Source: Piromyces finnis finn (taxonomy: Eukaryota; Fungi; Neocallimastigomycota). From it: 21,378 bases of DNA. Below, one piece after another: positions 1 to 9,689 of the stretch. The stretch spans positions 1-21,378 of the forward strand of contig MCFH01000174.1 of assembly GCA_002104945.1 (NCBI GenBank), read 5' to 3'. How positions within the stretch are numbered: the stretch's first letter is position 1; every line of letters starts with the position of its first letter. Under the pieces are notes generated by a model. It did not search any database. It was not told where the DNA came from and saw only the letters and a program-made list of their open reading frames with translations. The translations under genes and the position numbers were made by a program.

Positions 1-967
1 ACCACTACTACAACCACAACTACTACAACCACATACCACATAACACAACCACTACTACAACCACAACTACTACAACCACATACCACATAACACAACCACT
101 ACTACAACCACAACTACTACAACCACATACCACATAACACAACCACTACTACAACCACAACTACTACAACCACAACTACTACAACCACATACCACATAAC
201 ACAACCACTACTACAACCACAACTACTACAACCACATACCACATAACACAACCACTACTACAACCACAACTACTACAACCACATACCACATAACACAACC
301 ACTACTACAACCACAACTACTACAACCACATACCACATAACACAACCACTACTACAACCACAACTACTACAACCACATACCACATAACACAACCACTACT
401 ACAACCACAACTACTACAACCACATACCACATAACACAACCACTACTACAACCACAACTACTACAACCACATACCACATAACACAACCACTACTACAACC
501 ACAACTACTACAACCACATACCACATAACACAACCACTACTACAACCACAACTACTACAACCACATACCACATAACACAACCACTACTACAACCACAACT
601 ACTACAACCACATACCACATAACACAACCACTACTACAACCACAACTACTACAACCACATACCACATAACACAACCACTACTACAACCACAACTACTACA
701 ACCACAACTACTACACCACATACCACATAACACAACCACTACTACAACCACAACTACTACAACCACAACTACTACAACCACATACCACATAACACAACCA
801 CTACTACAACCACAACTACTACAACCACATACCACATAACACAACCACTACTACAACCACAACTACTACAACCACATACCACATAACACAACCACTACTA
901 CAACCACAACTACTATTACAATCACAATAACTATCACAACTACTTCAACTAACAACTACAACTACAA
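1..967. repeat. 47-bp tandem satellite, left copy (unit ACCACTACTACAACCACAACTACTACAACCACATACCACATAACACA)
   Basis: The unit restarts at position 48 and recurs to ~915. Some units carry an extra 15-mer (AACCACAACTACTAC) near 165, 690 and 760. A degenerate tail runs 916-967. The + strand has no G. Confidence 0.97.
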
Positions 968-1984
968 TCTATTTTACTAGATGAAAGAATTCTATCAAAC
1001 AAAGTTTTCTCCTTTTAATGGTGTTAACAAATGCTAATTATACTAGGTCTTATATTATTGATATTCCTCGATCTTTAATAGAGAACGGAATTAATTAATA
1101 TTAATAATAGTATTGTTAAAAAAAAAATACCTCTTTTTTTTTTTTTTAAAAAAAAAGAAGATAACTAAAGTTTTTATTCAAGTAACAAATATTTAGTTTT
1201 TTATCGCTAAAATGAAAAACTAAATATTTTATTGCTAGAATAAATATTTAGTCATTTTCCTGTTTCTTAGTAGGAAACAAAATTAATTAACAATTTACTC
1301 TTTCTTTTTTTTTTTTTTACTACTTCCATCATCATCAAAACTCTTCATCCTTCTCAAAAGCAAATTAATTGTAAATGTAAATTTATTTAATTCTTTATTA
1401 ATAAATAGTAATGGTTGGTAATGGTAGTAATATTTACTATTTTCAACAAAGTTTAACACTTTTTTTTTTTTTTGGTTTTTTTTACCCATTGATGTAAAAT
1501 GAAACTAACTACTACCAAAAGAAAAAAAAAAAAAGCCATTTTCCCGTTAATTTTTTTTTTAAAAAAAAATTACAATTTAAATTTCGTTTAAAATGACCTT
1601 TTTTAATTATTTTCTATCTTTGTGTAATGACATTACTACGTCTATGAATGTTTTTTTTTTTTTTTAAAAAAAAAAGTAACTATAATACTTTGGTTTTTTA
1701 TTTATTTATTTATTTATTTCTATAAATGAAAAAGTTTAATATAATTCTATTTTTTTTTTTAAATAAAAAATTTCATATTGTATCTATATATATTAATAAA
1801 ATTATTATTGCTGTTATATTACTGACGGTATTGTTGTTGTTATTTTTATTCGACGATAGGTTTTTACTATTATTTCTTGAAAGAAAAAAAATAAAGAAAA
1901 AAAAAGGGTATGATTGAAAAAAAAATATAGTTTTCTTTTCGTTAATCCAATGCTGAAAAGCATAAATTCATTGGTACTAATTTA

Positions 1985-2628
1985 TTACAAATAATCGCCA
2001 GTCAATAATTGAATTTTCTTTTTATGATCGTCAATTTGATTTTCAATATGTTTTCTTGCTATTTTTTCTTTTGTAATTCCTCATCCATACGTAAAGAATA
2101 TTCGTTAAGTTCATCTTCTTGTTTTTCCTTTGTTCTTTTATTACTATTTCTAATCATTTGAATGGTTAATGAAAGTCTTAAAACGATAACTAGCGAAAAT
2201 GCAATTCTATTTAAACCGTTAAATAGTATCACCAAAACAAACGATGCTGTAACAACAATAGCATCAAAAATATACAATACATTTCTGAAAAGTTTTTTAT
2301 AACTTAAAATTAATTTTATAATTAATAAGACTAGATAGATGGAACGTAAAGCTATTAAAATATAGGATATCACCTTTTCAACTTTTATTAAAGTTTCGGA
2401 TGATGCTGTGGTGTAAAGTCGCATCACCAAATCAACGATAATAATAAAAAAATCGACAATAGTCATAATAACAATACTTGTGATATATTTTGGTTTAAAA
2501 AATTTATGACCAAAATTTAATTGTAAACGTTGATACGTCGTCAATTCTTTTTGATATTCTTTGTCATTGGTATAGTATCCTTCTCCTCCAAGTTGAATAT
2601 GGAAGGATTGATCTTGGCTTGGTTCCAT
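1985..2628 (-). CDS. Hv1/HVCN1-like voltage-sensing-domain protein with C-terminal coiled coil, left copy (214 aa after correcting one -1 indel near 2069)
   Basis: The 189-aa ORF has four hydrophobic helices: S1 IVDFFIIIVD, S2 IYLVLLIIK, S3 IFDAIVVTASF, S4 LVIVLRLSLTIQMIR. A charged coiled-coil-like tail follows. The right copy supplies the in-frame C-terminus KEKIARKHIENQIDDHKKKIQLLTGDYL*. Intronless. Confidence 0.8.
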
Positions 2629-3321
2629 TTTTAGGTAAAAGTAAAAATAAAACTTTTTTTCAATTTATTTTATATTCTTTGGTTTAATTTTTTTTTTGAG
2701 GTGGTGGTGGTGGTGGTTTATCCTATTTATTCACTTTTTTTTTTTCCTATAAATTTTGATTTTTTATCGAAAATTGTTTATTGTAAATTTGTAAAAAAAA
2801 AAAAGAATTTTTTTTAAATTTGTTGTTGTTGTTGTTGTTGCTGTTGCTGTTGTTAATATAAATGAAATTTCATATTTTGTTATTTTGTTATTTACACTTT
2901 TTCTTTTTTTTTTTTTTTTTTTAGGAAAATACAACCTTTTCAGCTTTGTCAATACTGCTGCTGCTTTAGGTTATGAAAAAATAAAAAAAAAAAAAAGTCC
3001 ACTTTTCTATTTTTAATAAAAATATTGATTTTGTATACAAATTAAATAAATTAAATTCATATATTATAATTAATTTATAATTATTGATAAATATATAATT
3101 TGATTTTTATTATAAAATAAAATTGATTTTCATCCTTTATTTTAATTTATATTGTGTAACCATCAATAATGAATAATACAATTTAAATTTATTTTATTGG
3201 TTAATTATATTATTAATATATAAATTCAATATATTACAATAAATTTTAATATATTTAAAATGATATAAAACAATAAAATTTTAATTAAAAATTTATTAAT
3301 AAATTTATATAATAAAATCAT

Positions 3322-3352
<31 letters not shown>

Positions 3353-3438
3353 CTTATTTATTTATTTATTTACTTATTTATTTATTTATTTACTTATTTA
3401 TTTATTACTTATTTACTTATTTATTTACTTATTTATTT

Positions 3439-3482
<44 letters not shown>

Positions 3483-3540
3483 TTGATGGATGGATGGATG
3501 GGATGGATTTAACCACAAAAGATGGATGAATGGATGGATG
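3322..3540. repeat. Compound microsatellite (TTTA/CTTA)n followed by (TGGA)n; mirrored at ~5131-5353
   Basis: Directly visible. Smaller mirrored microsatellites: (GGT)6 at ~2700 vs (ACC)7 at ~5955; (GTT/GCT)n at ~2821 vs ~5821; (CAT)n at ~4204 vs ~4447. Confidence 0.95.
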
Positions 3541-4850
3541 GTTTAGAAGTAAAAAAGTTTGAAATTGAAAAGCATCAAGACTTTAAGGTTTCTTCCACTT
3601 TTTTTTAATCGCATTCAAAGTATTTTGCTTTTTTTACGCTATTTAAAAGTTGATCTGAATGTCTTTTATATTTACGGCCATTCTAATTCATGTTATGGCT
3701 TTAAACGATGCTTCAGTATCATCCGTAGTAAGAAGGATCGATGCAACACTTATAACGATACCTTTGTACTTCCCGACAATGTTTTATTTAACTTTACCTT
3801 CATCAGGAATTTCATTGTGATTTGAAAATTACTTTAAAATTAACTAGCACACATTCCTATTTTTTTTTTTTAAAGAGTGTGTATAACAAAGGTTTAAACT
3901 TTTTCTTTTTCTTTTTCCTAGAAAAGAAATTGAATTTATGCTTAATAAAAGGGAAAAAGAGACCTTTTTTTCCTTTTTTTTTTATTCGTTTCTATTAATA
4001 ATACTAAATTTTATTGTTAAAAAAAAACATTCAAAATAATGCTTCTTCTCAATGAAAAACAACAATTATAAAAATGAAATGAAATCTATTATCCTTAAAG
4101 AAAGTTACTTTTAAAATAAATAAAAAAAAGATACTTTTTTTCTTTGAAATAAATAAAAAAGTATTACAACATGAAAAGATAAAAATAGGCCTTTTACCAT
4201 TTTCATCATCATCATCATCATCATGATCCTTGCCTATTTAAAATGAGAATATTAAGATGAAGCCTTTTTTTGTTTTGTTTTATTCACTATTTCTTATATT
4301 CTTTACCTTAGAAAGAAAGGAAGAAATGACAATGAAAGAATAAAAAAAAACCTACAAATACACCAATCTATCTACCTTTTTTTAACAACAAAACAAAACA
4401 AAAAAAGGCTTCATCTTAATATTCTCATTTTAAATAGGCAAGGATCATGATGATGATGATGATGATGAAAATGGTAAAAGGCCTATTTTTATCTTTTCAT
4501 GTTGTAATACTTTTTTATTTATTTCAAAGAAAAAAAGTATCTTTTTTTTATTTATTTTAAAGTAGACTTTCTTTTAAGGATAATAGATTTCATTTCATTT
4601 TTATAATTGTTGTTTTTCATTGAGAAGAAGCATTATTTTGAATGTTTTTTTTTAACAATAAAATTTAGTATTATTAATAGAAACGAATAAAAAAAAAAGG
4701 AAAAAAAGGTCTCTTTTTCCCTTTTATTAAGCATAAATTCAATTTCTTTTCTAGGAAAAAGAAAAAGAAAAAGTTTAAACCTTTGTTATACACACATCTT
4801 TAAAAAAAAAAAATAGGAATGTGTGCTAGTTAATTTTAAAGTAATTTTCA

Positions 4851-5129
4851 AATCACAATGAAATTCCTGATGAAGGTAAAGTTAAATAAAACATTGTCGG
4901 GAAGTACAAAGGTATCGTTATAAGTGTTGCATCGATCCTTCTTACTACGGATGATACTGAAGCATCGTTTAAAGCCATAACATGAATTAGAATGGCCGTA
5001 AATATAAAAGACATTCAGATCAATTTTAAATAGCGTAAAAAAAGCAAAATACTTTGAATGCGATTAAAAAAAAGTGAAGAAAACCTTAAAGTCTTGATGC
5101 TTTTCAATTTCAAACTTTTTTACTTCTAA
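4851..5129 (+). pseudogene. Possible relic reading frame of unknown origin (mirror at ~3543-3822, - strand)
   Basis: Locally higher GC. One frame reads NHNEIPDEGKVK*NIVGKYKGIVISVASILLTTDDTEASFKAIT*IRMAVNIKDIQINFK*RKKSKIL*MRLKKSEENLK, with four internal stops. No recognisable family. Confidence 0.2.
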
Positions 5130-5189
5130 ACCATCCATCCATTCATCCATCTTTTGTGGTTAAATCCATCCCATCCATCCATCCATCAA

Positions 5190-5244
<55 letters not shown>

Positions 5245-5321
5245 GTAAATAAATAAGTAAATAAGTAAATAAATAAATAAGTAAATAAATAAATAAATAA
5301 GTAAATAAATAAATAAATAAG

Positions 5322-5352
<31 letters not shown>

Positions 5353-6044
5353 ATGATTTTATTATATAAATTTATTAATAAAATTTTAATTAAAATTTTA
5401 TTGTTTATATCATTTTAAATATATAAAATTTATTGTAATATATTGAATTTATATATTAATAATATAATTAACCAATAAAATAAATTTAAATTGTATTATT
5501 CATTATTGATGGTTACACAATATAAATTAAAATAAAGGATGAAAAATCAATTTTATTTTATAATAAAAATCAAATTATATATTATATCAATATATTATAA
5601 ATTAATTATAATATATGAATTTAATTTATTTAATTTGTATACAAAATCAATATTTTTATTAAAAATAGAAAAGTGGACTTTTTTTTTTTTTTTATTTTTT
5701 CAAACCTAAAGCAGCAGCAGTATTGACAAAGCTGAAAAGGTTGTATTTCCTAAAAAAAAAAAAAAAAAAGAAAAAGTGTAAATAACAAAATAACAAAATA
5801 TGAAATTTCATTTATATTAACAACAGCAACAGCAACAACAACAACAACAACAAATTTAAAAAAAATTCTTTTTTTTTTTTACAAATTTACAATAAACAAT
5901 TTCGATAAAAAATCAAAATTTATAGGAAAAAAAAAAAGTGAATAAATAGGATAAACCACCACCACCACCACCACCTCAAAAAAAAAATAAACCAAAGAAT
6001 ATAAAATAAATTGAAAAAAGTTTTATTTTTACTTTTACCTAAAA

Positions 6045-6686
6045 ATGGAACCAAGCCAAGATCAATCCTTCCATATTCAACTTGGAGGAGAAGGATACTA
6101 TACCAATGACAAAGAATATCAAAAAGAATTGACGACGTATCAACGTTTACAATTAAAATTTTGGTCATAAATTTTTAAACCAAAATATATCACAAGTATT
6201 GTTATTATGACTATTGTCGATTTTTTTATTATTATCGTTGATTGGTGATGCGACTTTACACCACAGCATCATCCGAAACTTTAATAAAAGTTGAAAAGGT
6301 GATATCCTATATTTTAATAGCTTTACGTTCCATCTATCTAGTCTTATTAATTATAAAATTAATTTTAAGTTATAAAAAACTTTCAGAAATGTATTGTATT
6401 TTTTGATGCTATTGTTGTTACAGCATCGTTTGTTTTGGTGATACTATTTAACGGTTTAAATAGAATTGCATTTTCGCTAGTTATCGTTTTAAGACTTTCA
6501 TTAACCATTCAAATGATTAGAAATAGTAATAAAAGAACAAAGGAAAAACAAGAAGATGAACTTAACGAATATTCTTTACGTATGGATGAGGAATTACAAA
6601 AAGAAAAAATAGCAAGAAAACATATTGAAAATCAAATTGACGATCATAAAAAGAAAATTCAATTATTGACTGGCGATTATTTGTAA
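6045..6686 (+). CDS. Hv1/HVCN1-like protein, right copy (five 1-bp indels; error-ridden or pseudogenised)
   Basis: Reverse complement of 1985-2628, with ATG at 6045. Indels vs the left copy: +1 at ~6157 and -1 at ~6174, ~6242, ~6381 and ~6399. ORF 6435-6686 is its intact C-terminal part. Confidence 0.75.
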
Positions 6687-7675
6687 TAAATTAGTACCAA
6701 TGAATTTATGCTTTTCAGCATTGGATTAACGAAAAGAAAACTATATTTTTTTTTCAATCATACCCTTTTTTTTTTCTTTATTTTTTTTCTTTCAAGAAAT
6801 AATAGTAAAAACCTATCGTCGAATAAAAATAACAACAACAATACCGTCAGTAATATAACAGCAATAATAATTTTATTAATATATATAGATACAATATGAA
6901 ATTTTTTATTTAAAAAAAAAATAGAATTATATTAAACTTTTTCATTTATAGAAATAAATAAATAAATAAATAAAAAACCAAAGTATTATAGTTACTTTTT
7001 TTTTTTAAAAAAAAAAAAAAAAACATTCATAGACGTAGTAATGTCATTACACAAAGATAGAAAATATTAAAAAAGGTCATTTTAAACGAAATTTAAATTG
7101 TAATTTTTTTTTAAAAAAAAAATTAACGGGAAAATGGCTTTTTTTTTTTTTCTTTTGGTAGTAGTTAGTTTCATTTTACATCAATGGGTAAAAAAAACCA
7201 AAAAAAAAAAAAAAGTGTTAAACTTTGTTGAAAATAGTAAATATTACTACCATTACCAACCATTACTATTTATTAATAAAGAATTAAATAAATTTACATT
7301 TACAATTAATTTGCTTTTGAGAAGGATGAAGAGTTTGATGATGATGGAAGTAGTAAAAAAAAAAAAAAGAAAGAGTAAATTGTTAATTAATTTTGTTTCC
7401 TACTAAGAAACAGGAAAATGACTAAATATTTATTCTAGCAATAAAAATATTTAGTTTTTCATTTTAGCGATAAAAACTAAATATTTGTTACTTGAATAAA
7501 AACTTTAGTTATCTTCTTTTTTTTTAAAAAAAAAAAAAAGAGGTATTTTTTTTTTAACAATACTATTATTAATATTAATTAATTCCGTTCTCTATTAAAG
7601 ATCGAGGAATATCAATAATATAAGACCTAGTATAATTAGCATTTGTTAACACCATTAAAAGGAGAAAACTTTGTT

Positions 7676-8816
7676 TGATAGAATTCTTTCATCTAGTAAA
7701 ATAGATTGTAGTTGTAGTTGTTAGTTGAAGTAGTTGTGATAGTTATTGTGATTGTAATAGTAGTTGTGGTTGTAGTAGTGGTTGTGTTATGTGGTATGTG
7801 GTTGTAGTAGTTGTGGTTGTAGTAGTGGTTGTGTTATGTGGTATGTGGTTGTAGTAGTTGTGGTTGTAGTAGTGGTTGTGTTATGTGGTATGTGGTTGTA
7901 GTAGTTGTGGTTGTAGTAGTTGTGGTTGTAGTAGTGGTTGTGTTATTGGTATGGGTGTAGTTTGTGGTTGTAGTAGTTGTGGTTGTAGTAGTGGTTGTGT
8001 TATGTGGTATGTGGTTGTAGTAGTTGTGGTTGTAGTAGTGGTTGTGTTATGTGGTATGTGGTTGTAGTAGTTGTGGTTGTAGTAGTGGTTGTGTTATGTG
8101 GTATGTGGTTGTAGTAGTTGTGGTTGTAGTAGTGGTTGTGTTATGTGGTATGTGGTTGTAGTAGTTGTGGTTGTAGTAGTGGTTGTGTTATGTGGTATGT
8201 GGTTGTAGTAGTTGTGGTTGTAGTAGTGGTTGTGTTATGTGGTATGTGGTTGTAGTAGTTGTGGTTGTAGTAGTGGTTGTGTTATGTGGTATGTGGTTGT
8301 AGTAGTTGTGGTTGTAGTAGTGGTTGTGTTATGTGGTATGTGGTTGTAGTAGTTGTGGTTGTAGTAGTGGTTGTGTTATGTGGTATGTGGTTGTAGTAGT
8401 TGTGGTTGTAGTAGTGGTTGTGTTATGTGGTATGTGGTTGTAGTAGTTGTGGTTGTAGTAGTGGTTGTGTTATGTGGTATGTGGTTGTAGTAGTTGTGGT
8501 TGTAGTAGTTGTGGTTGTAGTAGTGGTTGTGTTATGTGGTATGTGGTTGTAGTAGTTGTGGTTGTAGTAGTGGTTGTGTTATGTGGTATGTGGTTGTAGT
8601 AGTTGTGGTTGTAGTAGTGGTTGTGTTATGTGGTATGTGGTTGTAGTAGTTGTGGTTGTAGTAGTGGTTGTGTTATGTGGTATGTGGTTGTAGTAGTTGT
8701 GGTTGTAGTAGTGGTTGTGTTATGTGGTATGTGGTTGTAGTAGTTGTGGTTGTAGTAGTGGTTGTGTTATGTGGTATGTGGTTGATGTCTGATTGTATCA
8801 ATTATCATTCCCCCTT
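7676..8816 (-). mobile_element. Putative LTR (7676-8807) containing the satellite, preceded on the - strand by a polypurine tract (8808-8816)
   Basis: The minus strand reads CCAAGGGGGAA|TGATAATTGATAC, a PPT directly followed by TG. The array follows, then a matching TATCA end (+ strand TGATA at 7676; alternative at 7737). No second LTR, PBS or target-site duplication (TSD) was found. Confidence 0.45.
7706..8784. repeat. 47-bp tandem satellite, right copy (TG-rich, about 20 units)
   Basis: Reverse complement of the left array. Degenerate at 7706-7757, regular from 7758 to 8784, then an abrupt switch to unique sequence. The + strand has no C. Confidence 0.97.
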
Positions 8817-9689
8817 GGAAACGTGTCTTTATTTATTTAATAAATAAGTTTCTCAAGGTGTTCATGGTACTGAGAGAGTAGGAAAAAAAATCCAAGTATT
8901 GCACATTGGATGCTTGGTTAGTCTTTAAAGGAAAAATATAAGGACTAAGCTATGGTACTGAGCGACCCTCTTTCAAGGTCGTTGTGTGTAATAACAAAAG
9001 AGGGTTGTCTTTTCTGAAACATTGGTAAGAAAAGACAATAATTTTCGACTTGAGTTGGTAATCTGAGTGACAGTTGATATACCATTCTTTCCTTATATCT
9101 TAAACTAATCTTAAATATTAGTTAATTTTACCATTTAAATAATATAATATTAATTTTCATATATTTTGATTCTGTAGTATTAAATATTGTTTTAAGAATA
9201 TATTTTATTTTATTTTTTTCATTTCATAGTTTATTTGATCAATTGCGAATTAAATTTGTACTTATTCTTTTTGTTTTCTTATTCCTTCATTTTTATAGTT
9301 TAATTAGCTTGATAGATTAGTTTGCAATTCCTTTCATTGAGTTTTGTTGAGGGGTGCGGTTATCATTACTTTTAATCATATTTAATCTTTTTTTATTTTT
9401 CTCTATTTTATTTTTTATTTTTTCGAGGGGCGCACCTTTATTTTTATTTATGATTATATATGATTTCTAGTAATGTCTTTATTTTTTGAAACTCTAGGTT
9501 TTCCAAGGAATCTCCTTCTACTATCATTCTTTTGTATACTTTTTTCTATCTCTTTTCTATATATCCTTTATTTCTTTATTTCTTTATATTATATATATAT
9601 TCTATATGTTTGTATAATTATTTTAGGTATACTATGGACTCCTCATAGTAATTATTAAACTCCTTTTTTTTCTCTTAACATTTTGTCAA

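Larger units (their letters stand above)
1..8672. repeat. Giant inverted repeat: left arm 1-4281, spacer 4282-4389, right arm 4390-~8672
   Basis: 4261-4281 (AGCCTTTTTTTGTTTTGTTTT) is the exact reverse complement of 4390-4410. Mirror symmetry (coordinate sum ~8671-8673) continues through microsatellites, the Hv-like gene and the variant units of the satellite. The differences I checked were small indels, mostly in homopolymers or microsatellites. Confidence 0.97.

Noticed and set aside
602-844. Cys/Val-rich ORFs at 602-844 (-) and 7876-8067 (+)
   Set aside because: They are translations of the 47-bp satellite; the period is not a multiple of 3.
1-915. Satellite as a CRISPR array
   Set aside because: Units are head-to-tail with no unique spacers, no cas genes are present, and the context is eukaryotic.
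1295-1917. Short ORFs 1295-1489, 1726-1917, 2764-2952, 5920-6168, 6708-6899, 7134-7406, 9473-9658, 13430-13618, 17610-17819 and 20996-21256
   Set aside because: They are poly-K/F/L/I products of homopolymer and microsatellite DNA, or antisense to real genes or introns.
3559-3825. 88-aa ORF on the + strand
   Set aside because: It starts at a non-ATG codon and has no recognisable motif; the mirror copy differs by indels, and the opposite strand looks more protein-like.
4282-4389. Spacer as a poxvirus-like covalently closed terminal hairpin
   Set aside because: The spacer is not self-complementary end to end, and the flanking DNA is nuclear-like with no viral genes.
4864-4903. Hammerhead-like string CTGATGA...AAAAC-ATT-GTC
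   Set aside because: The G12 position is A, stem II cannot form and stem I is only ~3 weak pairs.
7758-8784. Satellite as a true telomere (G-rich strand runs outward on both arms)
   Set aside because: The right array is followed by 12 kb of ordinary genomic DNA, the 47-bp unit is longer than telomerase-made repeats I know of, and a PPT/LTR junction explains the edge better.
8789-9038. Hammerhead-like pieces (CTGATT...GAAACGTGTC; CTGAGCGA...GAAAC-ATTG-GTA)
   Set aside because: The cores do not match CUGANGA, and the stems are not in the required topology.
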